A stretch of 64,000 nucleotides of DNA from Thermoanaerobaculia bacterium (GTDB taxonomy: Bacteria; Acidobacteriota; Thermoanaerobaculia; UBA5066). Shown in pieces: positions 39,619-49,870 of this stretch; position 1 is the first letter of the stretch, and each line of letters starts with the position of its first letter. Under the pieces are notes generated by a model that was given only the letters and a program-made list of their open reading frames with translations, did not search any database and was not told where the DNA came from. Location: assembly GCA_963816185.1 (NCBI GenBank), contig CAWFJJ010000030.1, positions 96,001 to 160,000 on the forward strand. The letters are read 5' to 3'. Position numbers and translations under genes: made by a program.

Positions 39619-41253
39619 TCAGCCGCCGCCCTTCACGACCATGTACCTGTCGACGGGCAGGTCTGTCAGCGTTTCCGCAGTCCCACTCGGCCACCGGACC
39701 TCCACTTTTTCGACCCGCGTCGCTTTCCCGAGCCCGAAGTGCAGCCGTGGGTCGTTTAGCGACAAGTACGACTGCGACCGCTGGTAGACGCGGACCTGCG
39801 TTCTTCCGCCCGCGGTCACCCGAACGACGGCGCCGACGGGCTCCGCCCGGTTCTTGCCCGGCTGGAGGCTGACGCCGAGCCAGTGGTTTCCGTTCGCGGT
39901 GACGTTTCTGAGCAGCGCGGGCGTGCCCTTCAGATCGACGTGTGAGACGACGATGTCGATCCGTCCGTCGTTGTCGAAATCCCCGAAAGCCGCCCCGCGG
40001 CCGCTCCGCTTCCCCAGGAAATACGGCCCACCGGTGTCCGCCGCATCGGTGAAGTGTCCTTTGCCGTCGTTCACGAGCAGGGTCGGGCGCTTATCCACGA
40101 GAGTATCGGCTCCGCCGTTCGCCGCGAAAACATCGAGGTCGCCGTCGTTGTCGAAGTCATAAAGCCCGGCTCCCCACGACTCGGTTCCATTCATGAGCCT
40201 CCGAATCCCGCTTTGCTCGACGATGTCGTCGAAACGACCGGGGCCGATCGCGCGATAGAGGCTCTGGAAGCTCAGGTCCGTCACGAAGAGGTCGACGAGT
40301 CCGTCACCGTCTACGTCGCCGAGCGAGCCGTGCATGTGGCCGGTCCCGACGCCGTCGAGGTTGACGCCGACTCCTGCCTCAGGCGCGACGTCCCTGAATT
40401 TTCCCCCGCCGAGATTGCGAAGAAGGAAGTTCGGCTGGTGGTCGTTCGCCTGGAAGATGTCGAGTAGGCCGTCCCCGTCGTAGTCGTAGACCGTCAGGCC
40501 CATGACCTTGCTTTCGGGGAAGTACAAGCCGGCCTCCTTCGTCACGTCTACGAATCGCCCGTCGGCCGCTCTCTTGTAAAGGATGGACGGCTGACCCCTG
40601 TACTCGGCCGGTGAGGGCATCCTCTCCGGCGAGCCAGGGCTTCGATACTTCGGATCGAAGGCGAGGAAGTTCCCGACGAAAAGCTCCGGGGTGCCATCCC
40701 CGTCAGCGTCGAAGGCCGCTGCACCGACGCTCCACTTGACGAATCCGTTGAGCGTGTCGGGGCCTTGGAGGCCGGCCTTCTCCGTCCAGTCCGAATAAGT
40801 ACCGTCCCCATTGTTGTGGAAGAACGTGTTCGGTCCGTAATTCGAGAGGAAGATGTCTTCGAGCCCGTCGCCGTCGAGATCGGCGATGGTCGCCGCCATC
40901 GACCAGTGACTCCCGCCGAGCCCGGCCTTCTCGGTCACGTCGGTGAACGTGCCGTCCCCGTTGTTCCGGTAGAGCGCGTTCTTCGCATTCGAAAAGACGA
41001 GGCCCTTCGGGTCGCTCACCCCTTCGATGTACCTGCCGTTCAGGAAGAGAATGTCCATCTTACCGTCGCCGTCGTAGTCGAAGACCGCGACCCCCGAGCC
41101 GCTCGACTCCAAGATGTTGTCGTAGGTGAAATCACCGAAGTTGTACCGAAAAGTAATGCCGGTCTGCGCCGTTACATCCTCGAAACGAGGCCCCGCTCCA
41201 CCACGGCACCCCGTGCCGGCCGTGAAGGCGCCGGCGAGGATCGCGACTGTCAT
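39619..41253 (-). CDS. CRTAC1-family FG-GAP repeat / ASPIC-UnbV protein
   Basis: Repeated DYDGDG/DFDNDG, LYRNNGDGTFTDVT, SYLSLNDPRLHFGLG…VRWPSG; start uncertain. Confidence 0.9.
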   Translation of the reverse strand: MTVAILAGAFTAGTGCRGGAGPRFEDVTAQTGITFRYNFGDFTYDNILESSGSGVAVFDYDGDGKMDILFLNGRYIEGVSDPKGLVFSNAKNALYRNNGDGTFTDVTEKAGLGGSHWSMAATIADLDGDGLEDIFLSNYGPNTFFHNNGDGTYSDWTEKAGLQGPDTLNGFVKWSVGAAAFDADGDGTPELFVGNFLAFDPKYRSPGSPERMPSPAEYRGQPSILYKRAADGRFVDVTKEAGLYFPESKVMGLTVYDYDGDGLLDIFQANDHQPNFLLRNLGGGKFRDVAPEAGVGVNLDGVGTGHMHGSLGDVDGDGLVDLFVTDLSFQSLYRAIGPGRFDDIVEQSGIRRLMNGTESWGAGLYDFDNDGDLDVFAANGGADTLVDKRPTLLVNDGKGHFTDAADTGGPYFLGKRSGRGAAFGDFDNDGRIDIVVSHVDLKGTPALLRNVTANGNHWLGVSLQPGKNRAEPVGAVVRVTAGGRTQVRVYQRSQSYLSLNDPRLHFGLGKATRVEKVEVRWPSGTAETLTDLPVDRYMVVKGGG

Positions 41254-41336
41254 GAACCGGCCCGAATGCCTCGATCTTCTAACGGTTGCGATCCTCTCTG
41301 GCGCGGCGGGTGAACGAGCTCCCGCGACCTCTACAT

Positions 41337-42527
41337 CTAGCGCAGGGTGACGGTGAGGTTCTTCGACGCGTCCACGTCGAGCGCGAGCGTGCGGCCGTCG
41401 CTGCCGAGAGTGAACGTGCCGACCCTGTACTGGTTGACGCTGCGATCCGTCGCGATGACCCAGGCTTTGAACTCGGCCTGCCCGCTCGGCAGATCGATCT
41501 CGCCGTCGAAGGTCCCGCCGCCCGCCTTGCGGCCGAAGTCGAAGGAGCGCCGGAAGACCTCGACGTCGTTGCGGCGCACCATGACGTAACCCTGCGGGGC
41601 CGGCACCGTCACGGCGATGCGCAGCCGGACCCGAGCCGGCGTTGGCTTCGGAGGCGGCGGGGTCTCGGGCTTCGGCGCCACCGCGACCGGCTCGGGGGCG
41701 GGCGTCGGCACGACGGACGGCTTCGATGAGGACTTCAAAGCGCGAATCTGCGCGGCCGCCTTCCTCTGGGCGGGGCGCCCCTGCTTGGCGACTTCCGCCT
41801 GGGCTTCGGCCTTCAGATCCCGTGCTTCGGCCGAATCGGGGATGAGCGCAAGGATCGTGTCCGCTTCCACGATGACGCGAGCGAAGTTCTTCGCGGCATA
41901 GGCCTCGCGGGCAACCGCGAGGCGTGCCCCGGCTTCGGCGACGCGGCGTTCCTGATCTTCCTTCTTCGCGAGCGCCGCGTCCGCCTTTTCGAGAGCCGCA
42001 CGGGCGGCGAGGGATTCGGGAGCCTGCCGCAGCAGCTCGAGAAAAGCCGCTCGCGCGTCCGCCGGACGCCCCTCGGCCAACGCCCGCGAGCCGTCCGCGA
42101 GAAGCTTCTTCCGTGCGAGCGTGTCCCGTTCGGTCGTTGCGTCGGAGGTCTTGCCCGCGATCGCCCAACTCCGCTGGAGGAGCGCGCCGACGATGACGAG
42201 CGCCACCAGAACGGCCGCGCCGACGATGAGGAACACAAAGCGGCGACTCACCTCGCGCTTGAGAGCCTCGGGTACCTTCGCGCCGAGCGGCTGCCCGTCC
42301 GCGAGGTTCACCGGTCCGGTCGCCGGCGCTCCGGAACGCGGCGGAATCGTCGCGACAGGGCCCGTGATGTCGCGGCCCGGTGGACGCACGGGCGCGCCCG
42401 CGGGGCGGCCCGCAGGCGACCGCGTTGCGGGCACTGCCATGCTCGCCGCGGGACGTAGCGGCTGGATCGGCCCCGTGATGTCCCGTCCGGCCTTGGCGAT
42501 ACGGGGAACGCCGCTCGGCGGCGTCAC
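41337..42527 (-). CDS. Pro-rich + TM + TPR-like extracellular protein; probably the C-terminal half of the Ser/Thr kinase
   Basis: Repeated GRDITGP, one TM (FVFLIVGAAVLVALVIV), helical repeats; abuts the kinase by a GTGA overlap. Confidence 0.7.
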   Translation of the reverse strand: MTPPSGVPRIAKAGRDITGPIQPLRPAASMAVPATRSPAGRPAGAPVRPPGRDITGPVATIPPRSGAPATGPVNLADGQPLGAKVPEALKREVSRRFVFLIVGAAVLVALVIVGALLQRSWAIAGKTSDATTERDTLARKKLLADGSRALAEGRPADARAAFLELLRQAPESLAARAALEKADAALAKKEDQERRVAEAGARLAVAREAYAAKNFARVIVEADTILALIPDSAEARDLKAEAQAEVAKQGRPAQRKAAAQIRALKSSSKPSVVPTPAPEPVAVAPKPETPPPPKPTPARVRLRIAVTVPAPQGYVMVRRNDVEVFRRSFDFGRKAGGGTFDGEIDLPSGQAEFKAWVIATDRSVNQYRVGTFTLGSDGRTLALDVDASKNLTVTLR

Positions 42528-44080
42528 GGGCGGAGCGGGCGCGCGGCGCGCGGCGCCTGGGTCCGGGCGGGCGGGGCGGGTACGGCCGTGACCGCTGGAG
42601 GCGGCCCCGGAGGAGTGCTCTCCCGAACGACGTCCCTCGCCGGAACCTCGGCTGCCGGGGACCCCACGGGCGGGCGAATCATCTGGATTCTCTCGGTCTT
42701 TTGCGAGAGCGGGTCGTTCGCCGGCAGCACCGGCTCAGGCGGACGCTCCGGCACCTTGATGCGTCCGCTGTCCCGCTCCGTCGCCGGCTTGACGCCGCGC
42801 TTTACGTCCGAGACGAGCGTCCCGGGAGACGACGGCGGAGGCTCGTGAGGAGCAGAGACTTCGTCCCGCGCATTCACCGAATTTCTCTTCAACGAATCCG
42901 TGTCCAGACTCCAGTCGGGAATCGAAGTCTCCTTGCTGAGCGAGCGCGGAGGAAGGGCGGCCAACGAGGGGTCGAGATCGCTCCGACCACGTCGGGCGAG
43001 GTCCTCGAGAGTCGTGGTACCGCCGCCGAGCGGCCCGAACGCCCCTCCGAGGCGCGGCGCCGGCGGCGCAGGCGCAGGAAACTTCTCGGGGGCCGCCGTG
43101 AGGCTCTCCTTGGATTCGACGGCCGAGACGGGGCCGAGCCGCTCGGCCTGCGCCACCATCTCGCCCAGGTCTTTCAGCATCTCCATCTCGGCGTGGCGGG
43201 CGCGAAACTCGGAGAGGGCTCGCACAAAATCCCTTCCGCTCTGGAAACGCGCCGCCGGATCCTTCGCAAGCGCCTGCGCGAGGATCGGGTTGAACTCGAC
43301 CGGGATCGCCGCGTCATATGTTTGCGGGGACGGATACTCCTCGTGGACGATCTTGTAGGAGATCGACGTGAGGTTGTCGCCGGCGAACGGCTTTTTCTTC
43401 GTGAGCAGCTCGTACAGGACCACGCCGAGCGAGAACAGGTCGCTGCGCCCGTCGACGATCTCGGCCGTCACCTGTTCGGGCGACATGTAGTTCGGCGTGC
43501 CCAGAAACTGTCCGGTCGCCGTGAGACTCGAGCTTTCCATCTTCGCGATTCCGAAGTCCGTGATTTTCACGGTGCCGTCGGTCGTCAGGATGATGTTCGC
43601 GGGCTTCACGTCGCGGTGCACGATGCCGCGCCGGTGGGCGTAGTCGAGGGCTTCTCCGACGGAGATCACGATCTCGGCGATCCGGTCGTACGAAAAAGAC
43701 ACCTTGTCCTTCAGAAGCTGCTTGAGGTTCTTGCCCTCGACGTACTCCATCGCGATGAAGGACGTCCCGGTCTCGACGTCCTCGCCGACGTCGTGGATCG
43801 TGACGATATTCGGATGGGAGAGCGTGCCGGCCGCCTGCGCTTCGCGGAGGAAACGCTCCGTGAACTCCCTCGTATCCGAATCGTCCTCGCCGTTGGCCCG
43901 GATCGTCTTCAGCGCGACACGGCGGCCGATGACCGGGTCGCGTCCGAGGAAGACGACTCCCATCGCGCCTTTTCCCAGCTCGCGTTCCACCTCGTAGCGC
44001 GCGAATTTTCTGGGCAGGCTGGACGGTCCCGGTTCGGGCGGCAGACGACCTCCGTGTCTGCGTACGGTCACGCAGACCAT
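42524..44080 (-). CDS. Hanks-type Ser/Thr protein kinase
   Basis: LGKGAMGVV, VALK, HRDVKPAN, DFGIAK, GTPNYMSPEQ, SDLFSLG; start uncertain. Confidence 0.95.
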   Translation of the reverse strand: MVCVTVRRHGGRLPPEPGPSSLPRKFARYEVERELGKGAMGVVFLGRDPVIGRRVALKTIRANGEDDSDTREFTERFLREAQAAGTLSHPNIVTIHDVGEDVETGTSFIAMEYVEGKNLKQLLKDKVSFSYDRIAEIVISVGEALDYAHRRGIVHRDVKPANIILTTDGTVKITDFGIAKMESSSLTATGQFLGTPNYMSPEQVTAEIVDGRSDLFSLGVVLYELLTKKKPFAGDNLTSISYKIVHEEYPSPQTYDAAIPVEFNPILAQALAKDPAARFQSGRDFVRALSEFRARHAEMEMLKDLGEMVAQAERLGPVSAVESKESLTAAPEKFPAPAPPAPRLGGAFGPLGGGTTTLEDLARRGRSDLDPSLAALPPRSLSKETSIPDWSLDTDSLKRNSVNARDEVSAPHEPPPSSPGTLVSDVKRGVKPATERDSGRIKVPERPPEPVLPANDPLSQKTERIQMIRPPVGSPAAEVPARDVVRESTPPGPPPAVTAVPAPPARTQAPRAARPLRP

Positions 44081-44256
44081 CCGGGGGAATACCCGGAATC
44101 CCGAAATTCTAGCAGCCGCGGTCGGGGCCGCGCGGAGAGCCGCGCAATTGCCGTGTCCCATTCCTGCGCACTCCTGCGTTGGCGAAAAGAACCGCCGCGC
44201 CCGGAACCCCAGCGCCTATAATCCCCGCCCCGAACCGAAACTCCGGAGGGCCCCGA

Positions 44257-46347
44257 ATGAAGGTCTACCCCGCTTCCGCCATCCACAACGTCGCCGTCGT
44301 CGGCCACAATGGCGTCGGCAAGACGACGCTCGTTTCCGCCCTCTTGCACGAAGCCGGCGCAACGCCGCGCTTCGGGCGTGTGGAGGACGGCAATGCTCCG
44401 ACCGACTTCGATCCGGAGGAGATCGAGAGGAAGATCTCGATTTCGCTCGCCGTCGCGTCGCTCGAGTGGAAGAAGAAGAAGGTCAACCTCATCGACACGC
44501 CCGGTTACGGGATTTTCGTCTCCGAGATGATCTGCGGCTTGAAGGCGGCGGACGCCGCGCTCCTCGTCGTGGACGCCGTCGCCGGGGTCGAGGTTCAGAC
44601 GGAGAAAGCCTGGAAGGTCTGCGACGAGCTCGGCCTGCCCCGGCTCCTGATCGTGAACCGGATGGACCGCGAGAATGCGGACGGCGGCCGCGTGATGGAG
44701 CAGGTTTCCCGCAAGTTCGGCCGCACGTGCGTGTGCCTCGAGGCCCCCATCGGACGTGAGAAGGCCTTTCGCGGCGTGATCGACCTCGTGGCCATGGAGG
44801 GCTACCTGACCGATTCCACCGGCAAGACGGCGCCGGGCCCCATCCCCGAGGAGTTCACGAAGGATGCCGCAACCCTTCACGAGTCGCTCGTCGAGATGGT
44901 CGCGGAAGGCGACGACAAGCTCATGGAGATGTTCTTCGCCCAGGGGAACCTCTCCGAGGAGCAGATGAAGCCTGCCCTCACAAAGGCGATCCGCGACCGC
45001 AAGATCACGCCGGTCCTGTTCGCCGCGAGCGGCGACCACGAGACGGGCGTCGAGAAGCTTCTCGACGAGATCGTGGATCTGCTCCCGACGGCCGACTCCT
45101 TCCAGACCGTCGCAAAGAACAAGGCCGGGCAAAGCGAAGCGCTCGCAGCCGACGCGGCCGGTCCCGCGGCCGCGTTCGTCTTCAAGACGGTTTCCGACCC
45201 GTATTCCGGGCGCCTGACGCTCTTTCGAGTCGTCTCGGGCACGTTCAAGAGCGACGGCACGTACTGGAACGCCTCGCGCGAGACGGCCGAGCGCTTCGGT
45301 CCCGTCTTCTCGCCGATTGGCAAGACGATGCAGACGATTCCCGAGATTCCCGCCGGTGACATCGGGGGCGTCGCCAAGCTCAAGGAGACGCTCACGGGCG
45401 ATTCCATCTCCGCGAAGGAAAAGCCTTTCGTCTTCGCTCCGCCCTCCATTCCGGAGCCCGCGATCGCCTTCGCGATCGAGCCGAAGTCCAAGGGCGACGA
45501 GGACAAGATCTCGGCTGCGCTCCACAAGCTCATCGAGGAGGACCCGTCCCTTCACTTCTCGCGGGACGCCGACACGCACGAATTCCTGCTGGCGGGTGCG
45601 GGGCAGCTGCACGTCGAGATCGCGGTCGCACGCATGAAGAGGAAAAGCGGCGTCGAAGTCATCCTCCACCCGCCGAAAGTCCCGTACCGCGAGACGATCA
45701 CGCGGCCCGCAGAGGGGCACGGCCGCCACAAGAAGCAGACGGGTGGCCACGGCCAGTTCGCCGACTGCAAGATCCGCATCAAGCCCCTCGCCCGCGGTGA
45801 GGACTTCGAGTTCGTCGACGACCTCTACGGCGGCTCGATCCCGCGCAACTACGTGCCCGCGGTGGAGAAAGGCATTCAGGACGTCCGCAAGCGCGGCTTC
45901 CTCGCCGGATTCCCGATGGTGGACTTCCGGGTCGAGCTGTACGACGGCCAGTACCACGATGTCGACTCATCGGAGCTGGCGTTCAAGATCGCGGGATCTC
46001 TGGCCTACAAGGACGCCATGGAGAAGGCGAAGCCGACCATCCTCGAGCCGATCATGAAGGTCGCGATCCGGGCTCCGCAGGAGTACATGGGCGACCTGAT
46101 GGGCGACCTCACGTCGCGCCGCGGCCGGCCGGCGGGTATGGACCAGGAGGGCGACGACTCGATCATCCGTGCCGAGGCGCCGCTCGCGGAGATGATCTCG
46201 TACGGATCCATCCTGCGCGCCATCACCCAGGGGCGGGGCTCGTTCCACATGGAGATGGACCACTACGAAGAGGTCCCGCGCCCCCTCCAGGAGAAGCTCA
46301 TCGCCGAGCACGCCAAGCACCGGAAGGTGGAGGTCGTCGAGGAGTAG
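44257..46347 (+). CDS. fusA: Elongation factor G paralogue (EF-G2-like)
   Basis: GHNGVGKTT, ERKISI, DTPGY, NRMD, KKQTGGHGQF, YHDVDSSE; outside the str operon. Confidence 0.93.
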   Translation: MKVYPASAIHNVAVVGHNGVGKTTLVSALLHEAGATPRFGRVEDGNAPTDFDPEEIERKISISLAVASLEWKKKKVNLIDTPGYGIFVSEMICGLKAADAALLVVDAVAGVEVQTEKAWKVCDELGLPRLLIVNRMDRENADGGRVMEQVSRKFGRTCVCLEAPIGREKAFRGVIDLVAMEGYLTDSTGKTAPGPIPEEFTKDAATLHESLVEMVAEGDDKLMEMFFAQGNLSEEQMKPALTKAIRDRKITPVLFAASGDHETGVEKLLDEIVDLLPTADSFQTVAKNKAGQSEALAADAAGPAAAFVFKTVSDPYSGRLTLFRVVSGTFKSDGTYWNASRETAERFGPVFSPIGKTMQTIPEIPAGDIGGVAKLKETLTGDSISAKEKPFVFAPPSIPEPAIAFAIEPKSKGDEDKISAALHKLIEEDPSLHFSRDADTHEFLLAGAGQLHVEIAVARMKRKSGVEVILHPPKVPYRETITRPAEGHGRHKKQTGGHGQFADCKIRIKPLARGEDFEFVDDLYGGSIPRNYVPAVEKGIQDVRKRGFLAGFPMVDFRVELYDGQYHDVDSSELAFKIAGSLAYKDAMEKAKPTILEPIMKVAIRAPQEYMGDLMGDLTSRRGRPAGMDQEGDDSIIRAEAPLAEMISYGSILRAITQGRGSFHMEMDHYEEVPRPLQEKLIAEHAKHRKVEVVEE

Positions 46348-46367
46348 ACGCCGTCGACCGGGGACGC

Positions 46368-46763
46368 TCAGCGGAGACGGGTGATACCGGGGTATCCGTC
46401 GAATCCCCCGTCGAAGGTCAGGATCTCGCGCACGCCCTGCTCCTCCATGACCGCGAGATGCAGGGCGTCGCGGGCCGACAACTTTCGTCGCGCCAGTACG
46501 ATCTCCTTGGCGCGGAGGAGTGACGACGACTGCACTGGAAATACCTCGTCGACCACTCCGAAGAGACAATCGAAAGCCGGCTGGATCATGTCTCGGCGGT
46601 CGATTGATACATATCGATGAAGAATTTCTTGCAGGACTTCGACGTCCGACACGAGGCGTTTCCTCTCGGCGATTAGGCCTTCGACGATGCGCTGAGCGTC
46701 CACCTTGTGGGGATGAGATGCCCCGACGAGATACATCGGAATGTTCGAATCGACGAAGATCAC
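46368..46763 (-). CDS. vapC: VapC PIN-domain toxin
   Basis: IFVDSNIPMY, EVLQEILHRY, SARDALH, TFDGGFD. Confidence 0.92.
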   Translation of the reverse strand: MIFVDSNIPMYLVGASHPHKVDAQRIVEGLIAERKRLVSDVEVLQEILHRYVSIDRRDMIQPAFDCLFGVVDEVFPVQSSSLLRAKEIVLARRKLSARDALHLAVMEEQGVREILTFDGGFDGYPGITRLR

Positions 46764-47011
46764 TCGCCCGATCCGTAACCCTTTTCGATCTCGGCAAGCA
46801 TCTGCTCGATGTCGCCGGTCGGGCCCTGGTGTCGCACGGCGCGGCGCACCGCTGCGATCTTGTCGGCAACGTCTCCGAGAGGCTCCTTCCGCCGCGCCTC
46901 GCGCAATGCTCCGCGTACCCACTCCGCGACCGTCATGCGCTTCGCGCGCGCGGCGCGCTGGATTTCGCGGATTTCAGGTTCGTCAAGAAGGACCTGAAGG
47001 CGCTTACTCAT
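46760..47011 (-). CDS. RHH-type antitoxin (VapB-like)
   Basis: MSKRLQVLL…TVAEWVR…PTGDIEQML; GTGA overlap with the toxin. Confidence 0.88.
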   Translation of the reverse strand: MSKRLQVLLDEPEIREIQRAARAKRMTVAEWVRGALREARRKEPLGDVADKIAAVRRAVRHQGPTGDIEQMLAEIEKGYGSGE

Positions 47012-47209
47012 AGGCATGAGTCTATCAGACTTGCATAGCGACTCACCGCCAGGCCGACGTGACCTTGTTCCGGCTGGACGGCGGCTGGTGTTTTGCACTG
47101 ATCTTCCCGCATCATGGCGGTAGGTGGCCCCGAGGGAGGACGTTTAGGAAGAGGGCCGCCTATGCCAGTTCTGGAGACGACCGCCGAAGAAGAGATCCTC
47201 GGAGGATTG

Positions 47210-48493
47210 ATGAAGGACGATTCGAGCCGGGCCAGAGCGCTCGTCTCTTCCGCTCCTGCCCTCGAAGCCCTTTGGAGCCAGCATTTCGCTCAGCGGATGC
47301 AGCGCATCAGGGCCTCGGTGATCCGTGAGCTCCTCAAGCTGACGGAAAAGCCGGATATCATCTCCTTCGGCGGTGGGCTGCCCGCACCCGAGGTCTTCCC
47401 CGTAGAGGAGATCCGCGCAGCCACGGACCGCGTCCTCACGCAGCACGGCACGATGGCGCTCCAGTACACGACGACCGAGGGCTATCGGCCTCTGCGCGAG
47501 CTGCTCATCCACCACATGGCGCGCTATGGAGTCGTCGTGCGCCCAGAGAACGTGCTCATCACGTCCGGCTCGCAGCAGGCGCTCGACCTCGTGGGCAAGC
47601 TCCTCATCAATCCTGGGGACCAGGTGCTCACCGAGGCGCCGACCTACCTCGGCGCGCTCCAGGCTTTCAACGCGTATCAGGCCGACTACCTCCCCGTGCC
47701 GATCGACGACGACGGCCTCGACCTCGACGTCCTCGAGAGACAGCTGCGCGCCGGTCCGAAGTTCCTGTACGTGCTGCCGAACTTCCAGAACCCCGGGGGG
47801 GTCACCCTCAGCCTCGACCGCCGCCGGCGAGTCGTCGAGCGGGCGGCTCACTACGGCATCCCGATCATCGAGGACGACCCCTACGGGCAGCTCCGATACG
47901 AGGGCGAGCACCTTCCACCCCTCGTCAAGATCGACGCCGAGCTCCGCGGCTGCGCGGACGGCGGGCGGGCGTTCGCGGGCAATGTGCTCTACATGTCGAC
48001 GCTCTCCAAGACCCTCGCGCCCGGACTGAGAATCGGCTGGGTCGTGGCGCCCGAAGCCGTCATCACGAAGCTCGTTCAGATCAAACAGGGCGCGGACCTC
48101 CACTCCTCGACCTTCTGCCAGTACGTGGCCTACGAAGTCGCGAGAGGCGGCTTCCTCGATCAGCACGTGCGCCGCATTCGCGCGGTCTACGGGGAGCGTC
48201 GGGAGGCCATGCTGTCCTCGCTCGCGCGGCATTTCCCGCACGGCGCCCGCTGGACGCGCCCGCAGGGAGGCCTGTTCCTTTGGGCCACGCTGCCGAAAGG
48301 CCTCGACACGACGGCTCTTCTCGAGGACGCGATCCGCGAGAAGGTCGCCTTCGTCCCGGGCGCGGCTTTCTACCCCTGCGGCGGAGGCGAGGAGACGATG
48401 CGCCTGAACTTCTCGTACGCGCCGCCGGACGTGATCGAGGAGGGGATCCGTCGGCTTTCGCAGGTCATCAAGGGAAAGACAAAGATTTCTTAG
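47210..48493 (+). CDS. PLP-dependent class I aminotransferase (LysN/ARO8-like)
   Basis: ISFGGGLP, SGSQQALD, PNFQNPGG, EDDPYG, TLSKTLAPGLRIGW, RLNFS. Confidence 0.92.
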   Translation: MKDDSSRARALVSSAPALEALWSQHFAQRMQRIRASVIRELLKLTEKPDIISFGGGLPAPEVFPVEEIRAATDRVLTQHGTMALQYTTTEGYRPLRELLIHHMARYGVVVRPENVLITSGSQQALDLVGKLLINPGDQVLTEAPTYLGALQAFNAYQADYLPVPIDDDGLDLDVLERQLRAGPKFLYVLPNFQNPGGVTLSLDRRRRVVERAAHYGIPIIEDDPYGQLRYEGEHLPPLVKIDAELRGCADGGRAFAGNVLYMSTLSKTLAPGLRIGWVVAPEAVITKLVQIKQGADLHSSTFCQYVAYEVARGGFLDQHVRRIRAVYGERREAMLSSLARHFPHGARWTRPQGGLFLWATLPKGLDTTALLEDAIREKVAFVPGAAFYPCGGGEETMRLNFSYAPPDVIEEGIRRLSQVIKGKTKIS

Positions 48494-48611
48494 AAAGGGT
48501 CATGAACGGGTCGCCGCTGCGGTGCGCCGACGGCTGTTGTTCGGCCACGACCCCACTCACCCTTCTAAGAAATCCCCGGTTCCCTCTCTCTTTCTAGATC
48601 TCTCCCCGTCC

Positions 48612-49391
48612 TTACGCCCCGTGGATTCCCTGCTCCGAGCTCGCGATGAAGTCGCGGAGGAGCTTCACGTCCTCGGACGTCGCGCCGAGCGCATCGAGCC
48701 CTGCCAGGAGGGCGGCCTTGTCGTGGCGGTGCTTGTGGAGAACGCGGTAGGCCTTCTGCAGAGCGGCCACGCGCTCTTTCGAGAACCCCTTCCGCGCGAG
48801 CCCTACGCTGTTCACCTTCCACGCCCTCACGTCGCGATCCGACGAAGTCCAGAGAAACGGCAGGACGTCGTGGTTCAGCCCGGCGAACGCCCCGACGAAG
48901 GCGTGCGGGCCGATCCTCAGGAACTGCCGGACACCGGCGAAGGCCCCGAGGATGACGTCGTCCCCGACGGCACAGTGACCTGCGAGCGAGGCGCCGTTCG
49001 CGAAGACCGTCCGGTTTCCGACGACGCAGTCGTGAGCCACGTGCGAATACGCCATGAACAGGTTGTCGTCCCCGATGATCGTGGTGCCGTGCCCGGTCAT
49101 CGTCCCGCGGTGAACCGTGCAGAACTCCCGAAACGTGTTGCGGTTGCCGATCGTCAGGGTCGTTGGCTCGCCTTTGTACTTGAGGTCTTGCGGGGGGCCT
49201 CCGAGAGCGGCCAGCGCGGCCACGCGGTTATCCTCTCCGAGCGTCGTCGGTCCTTCGATCACGGCGTGTGCTCCTACGGTCGTGCGCGCGCCGATCGTGA
49301 CGCGCGCGCCCACGATCGCGTAGGGGCCGATCTGAGCGGATTCGTGGACGGAAGCCGACGGGTCGACGATCGCGGTGACGTGTGTGGCCAT
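48612..49391 (-). CDS. lpxA: UDP-N-acetylglucosamine acyltransferase
   Basis: Hexapeptide repeats, PQDLKYKGE, REFCTVHRGT, HVAHDC. Confidence 0.96.
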   Translation of the reverse strand: MATHVTAIVDPSASVHESAQIGPYAIVGARVTIGARTTVGAHAVIEGPTTLGEDNRVAALAALGGPPQDLKYKGEPTTLTIGNRNTFREFCTVHRGTMTGHGTTIIGDDNLFMAYSHVAHDCVVGNRTVFANGASLAGHCAVGDDVILGAFAGVRQFLRIGPHAFVGAFAGLNHDVLPFLWTSSDRDVRAWKVNSVGLARKGFSKERVAALQKAYRVLHKHRHDKAALLAGLDALGATSEDVKLLRDFIASSEQGIHGA

Positions 49392-49870
49392 CAGCGTCTC
49401 GCCGCCGGGATCCTGACGAGACTGCTCATGAACTCGCCCTCCGCGCACAGAGCGCCCTCGACGCGGGCTTCCGCCTTCATGCGCACCATGTTGGAGCGGA
49501 CCTGAACGATCTCGGCGTCGACGATGAGCTGGTCGCCCGGGAAGACCGGTCGCCTGAAGCGCGCCTTGTCGACGCCCGAGAGGTACATCAGGGTCTTCTC
49601 CGGCTCGTCCACGCCCGTGAAGAAGAGGCAGCCGCCGACTTGAGCCATGCACTCGAGGATGAGAACGCCTGGCATGACGGGATTCCCGGGAAAATGTCCC
49701 TGGAAGTACGGCTCGTTGACGGAGACGTTCTTGAGGCCCGTGACTTTCGAGCCTGGGACCACGGGACCTTCGCTGATGGAGACGATGCGGTCCACGAGCA
49801 GGAAGGGATAGCGGTGCGGCAGGAGCCGCATGATCTCCAGGATGTTCCTCCCCGTGTTCGATGCGCTCAT
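49391..49870 (-). CDS. fabZ: 3-hydroxyacyl-ACP dehydratase
   Basis: LLPHRYPFLLVDRI, FQGHFPGNPVMPGVLILECMAQ. Confidence 0.97.
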   Translation of the reverse strand: MSASNTGRNILEIMRLLPHRYPFLLVDRIVSISEGPVVPGSKVTGLKNVSVNEPYFQGHFPGNPVMPGVLILECMAQVGGCLFFTGVDEPEKTLMYLSGVDKARFRRPVFPGDQLIVDAEIVQVRSNMVRMKAEARVEGALCAEGEFMSSLVRIPAARR

